Under the pieces are notes generated by a model. That model did not search any database, was not told the origin of the DNA, and saw nothing but the letters and a program-made list of their open reading frames with translations. From assembly GCA_053919585.1 (NCBI GenBank), contig CM132794.1: 64,000 nt of DNA; one strand, written 5' to 3'. The position numbers were made by a program, and so were the translations under genes. Numbering within the stretch: the stretch's first letter is position 1; each line of letters starts with the position of its first letter. The DNA comes from Euprymna scolopes (taxonomy: Eukaryota). Of the stretch, positions 51,131 to 63,730 are shown piece after piece.

Positions 51131-51379
51131 AGAAGGACATTATTAAACAAGTAGCCCCCTGTATTCTGAATAGGTTGGGAAAGGCAAAGGCTAATGGAGT
51201 AAACCCTGACAAAAAAATCTGAGCTGTAGTTCCGGTAAGCGGATGATGAAGTTCTGCAACATTTTTTCTGGCAGCTCCTCCAGCCGTGCGTGCACTGGTT
51301 GTATTGCTTTGCCTTTCCTGCAACGCCATGAAGGGGGATTGGATAAATGGGCAAACCAACGGTCTCTTATCCGTAGTGG

Positions 51380-51560
51380 TGTAGTAGTGGTGGTATGTTT
51401 TTATTATTATTGTAGCCGTTGTTGTAGGTTTTGTTTTTACTGTCATTACTAATGTTGTTGTTACTGCTATTATTATTACTACCGATATTATTGTTACTAT
51501 TATCATAGTAGATTTTATTTTTATTGTTGTTGGTGGTGGTAATTGTAATAGTGGTGGTGT
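51380..51560. repeat. Degenerate trinucleotide (tat/tgt/ggt) tract
   Basis: Directly visible. Confidence 0.85.
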
Positions 51561-54500
51561 TGGAGGAGAAAGGTCGGAAGGGGATCTTTAACCTTGGTGG
51601 GGAACTCTCCTAGAGATGATGTCTCGATAAAACTATCCGTGGTGGTGTAACCTAAAATTCGCTTACCCAATTTCTGGGAGAATGAAAAATCAAAATATTG
51701 AAAATAACGACGTGAATGAGGCTGAAATATATTGCGATAATCTCACGTCCGGTAGCTGTACCACTGCTCAACAGGGTGGGTCCTGTCGTCATCATACAAC
51801 TGTTCGAAATTCTGAGGATGTGGCTGGATATAGGGGGAGTGAGAATTGCCAGAGAGTGTCACAAGACACGAAGGGATTTGGAACAGGAAATGTCAAAACA
51901 CTATGGACGGATGAGGAAAGAAGAGTACTGTGGGAATGCTTTGTAAGAAGTAGTAGTACCAAATCTGGTGGATATATCCGAAAAGCGAAGGAAGAATGAG
52001 AATCGAAAGGAAGAGGAGCTAAAAGTGTAGCGAGTTTGGTATCAGGTTAAAACAAATTAAAAATAGGAATCTACATTCAGTGATTGCAAGAGAACTGATT
52101 GAACGGATGGTTAGGAATGAAATGAATAACGAAAGTAAAATTGATGAAACTAGCTCTGATGAAAGAACTAAGAGAGTTGAAGGAAATGCAGGCGATGACG
52201 GGAGGCGGGCAACTTAGAAGGAATGGAATCCTATAGTTAGGGGAAGTGATGAGAAGGAGTTTTAAGGATCTAAGGCCGATGAGACCATTGACTGAGATAA
52301 TGGAATCGGTGAAAGGAGCAGATGTATGGAGAAGTAGTGATTAAGTTCGAACTTTTACTTCTGTAGCAAAAGAGGTACTTCAGCAGGTAAGAGAGGTGCT
52401 CTTTAGCCTTAGTAGTTCAGAAGGTAAGAGATTATCCAAGCACGAGGAGCAGTGATAGGCGTAAGGTGAAAAGCGAGGTAAAATAGTTCAAGGAGTAATT
52501 CACAACATCATAAGAAAGAACATATCGATTACGGAACTTAACAGACTTCTGTAGGCGACGTCATACGTTATTAGAAATCTTCTTGGCTTAATACAGAAGA
52601 AAAAGAGAGAAATGGAGTATAGATGGCCATACTGGCAGGGGCGGCTTAAGGGCAGTATAAAAACGGCGGAAAGACATTGGTAGAATCGAAGAAGCAAGAA
52701 AATGAGTTAAACTAGGACAGAAAGCCTAGGACGAGCTTGAAATGAGGTATAGATTGCTGGAAAAGGGAACAATGAACGTTCTTACAATGTTGAAAGAGAG
52801 GATCTTTGTTGGAAAAAATGTTGCTTTTCGGCAGAACAACCTTTTCCAGAACAATCAGTCTCAGCTGTATGAAGAATTAAATGGTAGTAAACAGGCGGGA
52901 AATAACAACACTCCAAATGCAAAAGATGCCAGGAAGTTCTGGAGTGGCATTTGCTCTGTCCAATGGCGATATAATAAGAAGGCTAGCTTGTTGGGAGAGG
53001 TCAGAGAAAGGGTATCAGAAATGCAGCAGATAGGGAACGTTGAGATAACCATTGATGACGAAGTATGACAAACTGGAAGGCACCTGATCCAGAAGGTGTG
53101 ATGGGCTTCTGCTTTTAACCGTTCACATGCCTTTATCCACCTATAGCTTGTGCCCTGCAAAGGGTCGTGGAGTGGGGAGATGTCCCTGATTAGCTTGTAA
53201 AGGGATGAACAACACTGCTTAGGAAAGATCTTGCAAAAGGAACAGATGCCAATAATTATAGAACAAGTACATGTCTACCACTAATGTTGAAACTGTTAAC
53301 TGTACTCTTTGCGGGAAAAATTTATGAACATCTAGAGAGTAATGGTGTTTTCCTGACAAACAGAAAGGGTATCGAAAAGGCTTGAGAGGTAGCAAAGAGC
53401 AACTACTGATTGATAAAGCATTAATGCAGGATGCAAAGAAGAAGAGGAGTCTTAGCGTAGCATGGATCGATTACAGAAAGGCTCATGGCATGGTTCCTCA
53501 TTCATGGATACGTGAAACACTATTGATGATGAAGGTTGCTGAGAATGTGGTAGGGGTTTTGGAGACAATTATGGCTCAATGGAAAACGGTGCTGACAGCA
53601 AACAGAGAGGAGATGGGGCAGGTTGGCATCAAACATGGGGTATTTCAAGGAGATTCGTTATCGCTACTTCTTTTTGTAATGATAATGAGTACACGGAGCA
53701 TCCTCTTGAAGAGAGAAAAACTGGGGTATAACTTTGGATCTGGTGATAGTCGCCATAACCATCTACTGTTTATGGATGATTTGAAAATATTCAGTAGAAA
53801 TGAAAAGGAAATAGAGAGACTGATAGAACTTGTGGGGACATACTCAGATATTAGGATGGGGTTTGGGATTAGTATATGTGCGATGCTGGTGATGAAAGGA
53901 TGGGCAAACGTTCATTCGAATGGAATAGTGTTGTCAAATGTAGAAATCATGAAAGAAATAGAGGATACAAGGTATAAGTATTTGGGAGTGTTGGAGAGTG
54001 TAGGCATCATGAACAGAGAAATGAAGGAGATGGTCAGGAAGGAATATCTTAGAAGACTGCCATTAATTGCAAAGTCGAAACTGTATGGAAGAAACCTAAT
54101 GAAAACACTAAATGCATGGGAAGTCAGTGTTTTGAGATACAGTGCGGGAATCTTAGAATGGTCTAACAAGGAGTTGCATGCCATAGATATCAAAACAAAA
54201 AAGGTTTTAGCAATGTTTGGTATATTTCACATTCAAAGTAGTGTAGCAAGGCTGTATTAAAAGAGGAAAAGCGGCGGGAGATGATTGAAAAGTGTAAAAG
54301 ATTGCGTAGGAACCGAGGAGATGTCGTTGAAGGAGCATGTGGTTAGAAGTGAAGAGTGGATTCTTAAGGTTGTAGCCAATGAAGTGAAGGTATGTTAGAC
54401 CAAGGCTGATTATGTGAAACGTATGGATAGAGAAAGGGCAGAGGAACTGGCTAGGAAGAAAAGGCATGGACGATTCTTCAAAGATATAGCAGAAGTGGCT

Positions 54501-55325
54501 GATGAAAGTTCATGGTAATGGCTTAGAGCTGGGTATATGGCTAATAGTACTGAAGCTTATGTTTGTGCAGCACAAGAGCAGGCATTACGAATACGATTGT
54601 TAAAAAGTGGTTCTTGGAGAGGAAATTGCTGCAGAATGCCGGATTTGTGGCAAGAACTCAGAGTCAATTGCGCACCTTGTATAAAGGTGTAGTAGACTGA
54701 CCGAGAGAGAGAGAGATAGATAGAGAGAGAGAGAGAGACAGAGAGAGAGAGAGTACCGCAAAAGACAGGATCGCATGGGAATTCGGATATATTGGGACGT
54801 ATGTAAGAAGGTTGGGGTGAAGTGTGCTGGAAAATGGTTTGAGGAGGTTCTTGATAAATTGAGAACAATGAGGATGGCAAGGTAGATGTATATTGGGACA
54901 AAAGTGTCATAACGGCCAAGCAATTGGAACATAATCGTCCGGGTGTGGTCGTCATTGACACTGTCTTAAAAAACTGGCAGATAGTAGACTTTTAAATACC
55001 ATGGGTCAGGAATGTGAGAGAGAAGAAGAATGAGAAGTGGGTCAATAATGTTCCATTTGCCTTGGAGATAATGCGTATACACGAGGTTAAAACACAAATA
55101 ATCTGTACTTGGGACAGTAAGAGTAGTATCAAGTCGTCTGGAAGAAAAGGAAAACTACAAAACCCCGATGTTTTAGGCGGCCTTCAGACCTCTGCTAGTG
55201 TAGGTACAACCGACATCCTTAGAAGAACCCTTGATCTTTAAAGCTCCTGGGAAATCCCCTGGAAATGAATCCCCATCCCTTTCAAGAGAGACGTTGATAG
55301 ACGAAATCAGAATTATTATTATTAT

Positions 55326-55358
<33 letters not shown>
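51560..55358 (+). mobile_element. R4/Dong-like RLE non-LTR retrotransposon, near full length, decayed
   Basis: WT.EE...L..C N-terminal motif, WKAP.P.GV, AWIDYRKA..MVPHSW, GVFQGDSLS, HLLFMDDLK, YKYLG, CAAQEQAL, CRICGK.SE...HL, NRP.VVVID; ends in an (att)n(aat)n tail. Confidence 0.85.
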
Positions 55359-55360
<2 letters not shown>

Positions 55361-55894
55361 ATTTTTTTAAATCTAATTTATATGCGTTCACAGATATACT
55401 TCCCGGGATTATCAGCTTTCTATTTTTTTAAATNNNNNNNNNNNNNNNNNNNNNNNNNNNNNNNNNNNNNNNNNNNNNNNNNNNNNNNNNNNNNNNNNNN
55501 NNNNNNNNNNNNNNNNNNNNNNNNNNNNNNNNNNNNNNNNNNNNNNNNNNNNNNNNNNNNNNNNNNNNNNNNNNNNNNNNNNNNNNNNTTTCATGTTTGT
55601 TAAAAAAAAATTAGCATGCCATTTTGAAAAGTTTCAAGTATCTTTATTTGTAGTAGATTCGTGGTTGATTTAAATTCATCTGATTTTATAAAGCATTTTT
55701 TACCAAAAGTGAAGTAGCTAAAATCCGTCAGTATTTTTGTCATTATTCATGACTATCATTTTTTATTGCAACAGAATTACAAATACTCACGATGATAGAA
55801 CACGGAAAATTCTTAGTAACTGAATTACCATATATATTTGCAAGACAGACAACGAAGCTCTACTAATTTATTCTGAAACTATTTATATAAAATC

Positions 55895-56005
55895 ACTGTC
55901 AACACGACGGTTCTAGGTTCAATCCTTGGCTTGGGAGAGATGCTAGGCTAGCGGCACTGATGAGTTGTGATACAACGAACCAGGACTGTATGTCGATGAC
56001 TACAA
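55895..56005 (+). mobile_element. tRNA-SINE with hammerhead ribozyme (copy 2, 5'-truncated)
   Basis: ctgtcaa..gacggtt.taggttcaatcc, then cggca-CTGATGA-gttgt-gat-acaac-GAAc-caggactg-TA-tgtcg. Confidence 0.75.
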
Positions 56006-56714
56006 TATATATATATATATATATACATATAAATATATAAATAATATATAATCACTTCTTTTCTTTTCTCAATACCGACAACTTCCTATTTTTTGCATTT
56101 TATTTTTAAACATTAGCATATATATATGTATATATATATATATATCTGTGTATATATATATATTAATTGATTAATCTTTCTTTATTAAGTTATAGTTTTA
56201 GATGTTTATGTGTTTAATTTTACGACATTTACTTTTAATCAAATAAACTGTCTGTAACGAATACAGTTGTAAAGCATAAAATATATAAATGTGGGATATA
56301 TTGAGTTTAATTTTGATGCAGATAAACGGCAAACAGTATTTGGAAAATTTTCCTGAAAATTAAGATAGCTTATATTGTGACATTTTTATATTTGATGTCA
56401 ATTAATGAATAGGATGAAAACTTATAATTCTTTGTGTATTAGAAGGGCTTTCAAAATTGATTTCAGAAATTATATCGAAATCGGGGAGATATGTAATCCT
56501 CCTATCACTATTCAAAATACTTTATCCAAGCTTATATATATTCCAACTAGTGCACATCATTTACTTATACTTTCAATGTATGGTAACTTTCTGTAATTAT
56601 ATATGAATATCATTTGTAGACAGTATAAAAATGCAGTGGTCTTTGAGCTCTCATGCATTAGTATAATTTGAATTCTTCTATAGACTATAGTTCTTTTTAT
56701 TTGCATGCGCCTTT

Positions 56715-57050
56715 CTAAATGTAATTAACGAACGATGATTCCTGGGAGAATGTTTTTGTTCTTCGATCTCCAACGCCCAATAGAGCGGACAACGGAAATA
56801 AATCACATGCCTGTCGGAAGTGATCTTGGATAGAGCAGAAAGAAACATTTTTCAAGAAGGAATTATCACGCCAGACGACTTGACAGCCATGCCAGTGCTT
56901 CCATCGTAATCTAAAGCGCCCCCTATATTCGAAGCATGTAATTAAGGTCAGGTAACTCTTGCTATATCGGGCATGTTTAATTGGATTTCTACTATCAGAC
57001 ACAAGTGAACAAAGAAGGATGTTAACCTAACGGCGTAAACAGAAATAATT
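56715..57050 (-). pseudogene. GT92-like central (DxD-region) segment
   Basis: FCSIQDHFRQACDLFPLSALLGVGD aligns without gaps to the recalled FAALNDCLYRNMYHYSHVALIDLDE; LIVEIQLN lies upstream in a shifted frame. Confidence 0.45.
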
Positions 57051-57357
57051 GAATACACAGTATTTAATTGGAGCTTTGTGTTTGGTACCGGAGTTGTATA
57101 AAGTTAGTTTAGTTTGTCTGGCTTTTAATATGTAATTATTCACACATAGGCGCGAAGTTTCACTGATTTCCTGACTTCACATTGATTATAGTGTTATGTG
57201 ATGTGTTATGTGATCTTCATTATAAAAACACTGAATGCATATTCATTGCTTCTCCAACACTTACATGTTTATTACACTACGTATTATTGTTTAAAAATTT
57301 CCAACAAATATATGAAAATAACATACAGGGTTTAAATCATTGATATTTTTATATAAC

Positions 57358-57890
57358 CTAGCAGATCACTCGGCGTTGCCCCGTCGTAGAATACGAAATA
57401 AATATTATATTTTAATTTATGCAGAATTCTCATTCATTATAAAGGGAAATACAGTAAGTATTAAACGAAAAATTAAGTAAAAAAAGGATATTACTATGTT
57501 TTTTTTTACGAACAGTTCATCTTTTATAAGTAAAATAAAATATTCGACCTAAGATCGAAAACAAAACATTAAGACCCTGAGTCAAGTACGATAATTATTA
57601 GGACAGCTTGACATGATTTTAAAATGTGTCTTCAAACTTACGTATTCCTATCATAAGAATTCCGTCATATGAACGATGCACGCATGCCCATTTGTAAAAC
57701 AGATAACAGATTAACACCCGATGTACCCATGTACCAGCTTTGCGATTTAGTCTCCTTGGATTAAAACCGATAAATTTGTTTTTCACGTGTCCTACTGCCA
57801 TAGGGACAAAAATTAAAGTCTGTAGGTCAAAAAGTCGTTGAGTACGTCCTTTAAGAAATGTCCTTACAAATATTCTCGCTTTTATAAATA
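57358..57890 (-). mobile_element. Non-autonomous Helitron
   Basis: Minus strand ends ggggcaacgccgagtgatctgCTAG and begins tataaaagcgagaat. Confidence 0.6.
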
Positions 57891-58079
57891 ATTATTTTAA
57901 ATCTGAACGGATCAATGAAAAAACTGTTTCAATTAATCGCACTAACTGCAATGTTAAAGTGGCCTATTTCAAGTATTTAAACTTTATCCCAGTAGATGCG
58001 CATTTTGTTTTATCATACATAATTGCCAAAAAATACAAAAAACAGTTTTCAAGGGCTTACGCTTGGTTTACTAATACTA

Positions 58080-58159
<80 letters not shown>

Positions 58160-58316
58160 CTTCCACCAAACTATCCATTAATGTGTATTCACCTTTTTCT
58201 TTACCATATTCCCTTTGCTTAACTCATTTTGTTTTCAAGTAAGATCTTTGACTTATTTGTTGTTTCATCAAATACTTCTGCATGCTAAGTCCGATCCTGC
58301 ATTTTGCTAGTTCCTA

Positions 58317-58364
58317 CCCTCTGATGAGAAGGAGAGTATTTCTTCGAAACTCCGCGGATTAAGG
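58317..58364 (+). ncRNA. Type I minimal hammerhead ribozyme motif
   Basis: cct-CTGATGA-gaagga-gagtat-ttcttc-GAAA-c-tccgcgga-tTA-agg: intact core, 6-bp stem II, palindromic stem III. Confidence 0.7.
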
Positions 58365-58595
58365 ACTATCCATTTATTTAGTGTTTCCTTTTCAGATTAA
58401 ATATGTTTTAACTCATTTCAAAGTATTTTTTAACATATTTCATTATTCATATTATAAGCTCTATTTCCTATTTGGTATTATCGAGCTTTTATATCCGGCT
58501 GAGATAATTTTATAAATATGAATTCTTTGATATTCATAATTTACTTTAATTTTACCATCTTGGATCATTTTGGTAAATTCAATTGTAATTCTCAT

Positions 58596-58626
<31 letters not shown>

Positions 58627-58647
58627 GTGTGTGTGTGTGTGTGTATA

Positions 58648-59700
58648 CAAGGTGAGGAAGTAAAAATTTGGTGTGAACTTAAAGTTGTATTTTCTTAGTA
58701 AGAATTGCGCCACTTGTTTTAAAAGTTTACATATGTTGATGTAATAACTATATTTGCCATTATTATCCATGTCTTTTCAGAAGTATATTCCCAGCTGAGG
58801 CATCAGGAAGCCAAACGTCAAAGAGAGTATCATTTGCAAAATGCACACGTCTTATCGAAGGAGATATAAAGAATGGTAGGGAGTGTCTGGATAGAAGAAA
58901 ATGACTATGAGAAAAACTATTACTAGAAAGACTGGAATTGGAGAGAGGCAACAAAAAACGTACCAAAATATTTATCAGAATTCTCGAATCTAAAATTAAA
59001 CTGATCCAACGAAATCCATGCGTAAAATCGCAAGTGAACTTAAAGATGGCCGCAACACCATCAGGAATGCAGTAAAACATCATTTGAACTTAAGATCTTA
59101 TACAAGAACGCTGAAACAATTGTTTACAAATGCTCTAAAATAAAAAAAAAGAATTGAAAGGTGCAAGAAAATTATTACATGACTAAAAAAATCCTTCCAT
59201 TGTAATGATCTTTCTGATGTAAATATCTGTTCTGAAGCGTAGAGACGACAAATACATAAGCAGCATCAACGGTTGAGGTTTACGAGTTATTCAGGACAAA
59301 AAGTCCTGCTCAGGTTGTGGCTTTTGGTTTTGTAGCTTCTGATGGAAAGAAGATACCCATAAAATTTTACAAAACCTTTGAGAAAATCAATTCTGGCACT
59401 TACTATACAACTTTAAGATACCAGTTACTGGCATGGCTCAAAACAAACTATCCAAATGGAAATAATGTATGGACACAGAATGGTGATCCGGCTCACACAG
59501 CTAGAAAAATACAAGATTTCTGCAAAGCAAATTTCAGTAATTTTTCGCAGTCATGTTTATGGCCAAATTCTGGCCCAGACGATAACCCTCTGAATTATTC
59601 TATTTGAAGCGTTTTGGAACATGTTACCAGTAGAATATCGCACAGCAATATCGACGCTCTCAAAGATACTATTAAACATAAATGGAATAAGTTGTCACGT
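58648..59700 (+). mobile_element. Tc1/mariner (maT-like) relic
   Basis: ta|caaggtgaggaagtaaaa start; WTQNGDPAHTARKIQDFC and WPNSGPDDNPLNYSI. Confidence 0.8.
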
Positions 59701-59945
59701 TACACTTGAACTTCTGCATGTCAGTACAGTTGGGGAAGCAGGAACCCGGAAGGGAATTCCAAAGTCTAGCGGTTCTGTGGAAGAAACTACTGGAGTAGAA
59801 GACTCTCTTACATCAAGGGGTCTCAACTGTGAAGGGGTAGGATTTTGCTTCTGGTCGGGTGTGTCGGGGTATTTACATTAAGGGAGTAGAAGTGCTTGCA
59901 GTTCGTCGGAGCATTCACTGTTAAAGTAATTACTCATGCCGGACG
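59700..59945 (-). mobile_element. CR1/L2-group LINE 3' fragment
   Basis: YFNSECSDELQ...FFHRTARLWNSLPGSCFP..DMQKFK on the minus strand. Confidence 0.8.
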
Positions 59946-60664
59946 ATTCCTTTTTAAAAAGAGAACGAATACGTGATCAGTAGATTATTTTAACTCTCTT
60001 AAGTAAGATTTTATATAATGCTTATTCCATGTGATATGGGATGCAAACTTTAGAAATTTACATATTTGTTTAAGAATATGTCATTTCACTAATTAACTAT
60101 TATTTAATTTTATTCAATTTTTAAATCGATAACTGTGTTGTTTTAAAAAACAAATACTGTTTTATAACATGGAAAATCTCGTAGCATTTGTGTTCAAACG
60201 TTTTACTTTACATCAATACATATGTGGTGTTTATCATTTTGTGAGATATTCCTTGCTTGCTAGTAAAGAAGGAACTCCATTTCCTATTTATTTTATTTTT
60301 CACGATCACATTTAAAGGCAATTAAAATTAAATATGGATCGAGATTATCAGAATATTAATGTGTATGTATATAAGAATAAACAAGTTAATAATGAAATAT
60401 TCATTATTTTCTTAATTAATGTTTGAAGATTTTTTTAAGTAGCGAAATTCGCGTAGCAGTAGCCAGCTAATAAATGAATGCATAACATTATAAAATATCT
60501 CATCCTTTATTTAATTCTCCTGCTGATAATATGTATTTACCTGCATTTTGTTTAATAAACCAATGAACCACTAGCAAATATATGCAAATGTTACATGGTT
60601 GGTGTAATTTCTGTTTTGGTTTAACTAAATATTGATCTCCTCACACATATAATGAATACTATTC

Positions 60665-60970
60665 CTAACTAGTGACCCAATTGTAATAACGATTCTTTAC
60701 GTTGCTAAACTTCCGTGATCCAAGGAGAATCGGTGTCTTAACGCGAGTAAGCTTTATATGAAGATGTCCATACTTATCTCCAAGAGCTGACAAATCTAAC
60801 GTCACCATTTCTCTTATACATACAAATTTGTGCCACTCGTGAGAATTATATTCCCATGAAGCTTCCTCCTCAGGAAAAAGCCGACTTAACCCGCCTAGGC
60901 TGAGTTCCACTTTAGTACAATAGAGCATAGTGCAGTATACTAAATGTTGACAATTCTTGCTGATATACAT
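60665..60970 (-). pseudogene. GT92-like N-terminal segment, probably the same copy as 56715-57050
   Basis: EWHKFVCIREMVTLDLSALGDKYGHLHIKLTRVKT vs the recalled WQ.V...RFKFFVYSAYYD...VRVIGATKT. Confidence 0.35.
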
Positions 60971-61799
60971 TACCTTTTATTAGAAAGGAGTTTGTGCCTG
61001 AAAGGATGCTTTGTGGAAACCTAACATTAACAGTTATATCATTTGCATATCGGTTTGGTAAAATCCATTTCATTAATTAACTATTTCTTATTTTTTAAGT
61101 GATTGTTTTCCTATTAAAATAGCAATAATCTGGTTCGCCATATTGTTTAATTTCTCCCGAAGAAATTCTTAGCATTTGCGTTCAAAAATACCTTTCTTCA
61201 TAGTGACCGACTACAGTACATATTACACTAACTCCACACCAGTAAATAATACGTGGAAGTAGAATCTCATAAAAAAATAAACACTGTCCCAAATTGAGAA
61301 AGAAATGACTGGAAAATCGATACCATGAAACAGAACATGTATAATCCTACATGTAACTGGGGGGTGCAATGACTGGATGGAGGGTTCGGAAAACAGATAC
61401 TACACCACATTCTGGGATCAGGCCGTAATGCCAGGGAGAATGCTCACTTGACATAGAACATATCTTACACCACACATTCATTACTCTTTCTCCATCATTG
61501 ATTCCCTCGGTTTCATCTATTTCTCCATTTACTTCTTGCTTCCATACAAAAAATTAAAAAAAATCATAGCAACTATCAAGTGAGAAAAAAAGGTTATTGT
61601 TTAGAGTTTTGAGTTTTGTATATCAATAGTAATATCCATTTGTCTCATAGAAATAAAGAAAATAACACCTTTTCTGAATCGAAAATTATGAAGGTAATTT
61701 GTATTGCGTTTTTTAGACATGACACACTCTGAAATTTTTTTTATTTTAAATTATCAGCTACTTCAATTATTTTTAACCGTTAGGATCGATTTACCCTTC

Positions 61800-62358
61800 T
61801 TTACTTGAGGGAGGGGGGCACCGCTTATCAAGGCTCGAAGGTCACTCGGATATTTGTTAATGAATGTAAGGTGGTAGTGAAGTAATGATGTAAATTGAAT
61901 GAAATTTATTTATGAGGACGACCTAACAGGAACTTGTTCACATTCGATTTGAAGGCTGCCCTGCTGTATTCAGCAGGAAAGCATGCCAGCAGAACAATGT
62001 TCCAAAGGCGGGTAGTTCTGGGAAAGAAACTCTGTTCCTGGAATCTGCGTGTAAATTTAGAGAGTGGGGGGAACCAAATATAGCAGTTTTAGCTAGTCGA
62101 GTGATTGTTGTGAAGTGGGAACCATAAATTGGAGTTTAGACGAGCATTTACCATGAAAATAGCGATAGAGCAGAGACAGGCTGGCGACGTCTTTACCGTG
62201 GGAAAGAGGCTGCAGGAAAGAAAAAAGGTATCACTTACAAGGTTTCGAAACCGGTTTTGAACCCTATCAAGGCATTTCCTGACCAGATGTGGCAACAATA
62301 CTCCATTGCAGGGCGCACTTGGCTCTTATACAGATAGAGGATCGCATCTGGAGTGAGT
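61800..62358 (-). mobile_element. CR1/L2-group LINE 3' fragment
   Basis: PDAILYLYKSQVR, EYCCHIW, CLDRVQNR, RTTRLWN; shares the 3' UTR motif. Confidence 0.85.
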
Positions 62359-63104
62359 TGCGAATCTTTGTATTACACTATATATAAAGTAGGTATAATA
62401 CTTTGGAGTGAAGCTTCGTCATCATATAACATAGAGTAGTCGCCAAAAAGTGGTGTTTGATGCCCTGCGAGGATCATATTATTAGAATCAAACATATAAT
62501 GCACAATCCGTCTCGTTCCTTGCGGACCATAATACCTATTTAACATTTGTCTTCAACTGTTTTATTCTTCACGGAGACTGGTTTGATTTTGAACAAGTTG
62601 TGATCACTCTGAATTGCAATTGTAATTACAAACTAATTTCGTTTTACTATTCCTTTCCTTACTGTCACATCACAAAGGGTTATTTCCCTTTGTCGAAATT
62701 ATCAGGATCATAAGAATAAATAAGAATGATGTGATTTTAAAACTATAAATTTTGTTTTTATTTTGACTAAGTGTTGAAGCGACAACGAATTGCTAAACTC
62801 CAGATTTTAATAATCTAAATAATAATAAAATCCATCAATCACTACTATAACATATACTACAATTACGGCAGAATGAAGCTGTGATGCGAATAAGAAAGTT
62901 TTCGCGATTACAGAACATATCTATATTTTAATACCGTGGTAGCTTTAACATATGTACATATGTGTTTCCGGTTTCCGGTTTCCGGACTAGAAATCCTAGT
63001 TATTAAAAAAAGGAGAATAAAAGGTTATAAAATACAACGAAGATTAAATTAGTTTATAGAAACGCAAATTTAACGTTCGTAGAATGTTATTACTCGGGTA
63101 TAAC

Positions 63105-63270
63105 CATTGAATATACTTATTATTATTTTGACCCTCGTGTATATGTCCGACATTGTAAGACACAGATAATCAATCGAGAACAACCCCACTTTATATAAAA
63201 ACATATAAGATATAAACTGATATATAGCCGAGAGTCAAAATAATGAAAAAAATATTCTATTGTCAGAGCC
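63105..63270. mobile_element. Small MITE (copy 3)
   Basis: Homologous to 34149-34305 in opposite orientation. Confidence 0.6.
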
Positions 63271-63379
63271 CTACTTATCACCTTCTTTTGTAAATAGAAT
63301 TTTCCGATTATCAAAAACGCAATGTCAAAATGTAAAATAAAATAAAATAATTTTCTCGCTTGTGTATTGTACTTGAAAC

Positions 63380-63730
63380 TAAAATATACCATTCTTGATC
63401 TAATGACCAGTATCCAAGCGTAATATCTCTTCTATCTAAAGAGGTATAATGATATCGTGGGAGTTCAGTTTGTTTCGGGCGTCCATACAATGTAAATATG
63501 TCACAGACCCCCATAATGGTATTGGAGATCAACCGTAATAAGTAGATATGGCACTTGATTCTGAAACTATATAAGCCAGCTTGCTTGGATGAATACCTTT
63601 GGAGTTTAATAAAATGGCTACAATAATATTACGGGATCTCCATTCACGCTGAGCGTCCACAGAATGCAAAGGAGCATTATATTGCATATAGAAGATACCA
63701 CTACGGAAATTCCACAAGTGTCGCTAGTGT
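63380..63730 (-). pseudogene. GT92-like C-terminal segment
   Basis: WNFRSGIFYMQY...RSRNII....KGIH....V....A...YHY/GVCDIF...DIT.GYW (cf. FQNAFFYLQW, RSKYI, HHYRVCEF); nucleotide homolog of 26815-27135. Confidence 0.55.

Noticed and set aside
50859-51506. 215-aa ORF with a hydrophobic N-terminus
   Set aside because: Chimera of a trinucleotide repeat, an unidentified GC-rich segment and the Penelope RT.
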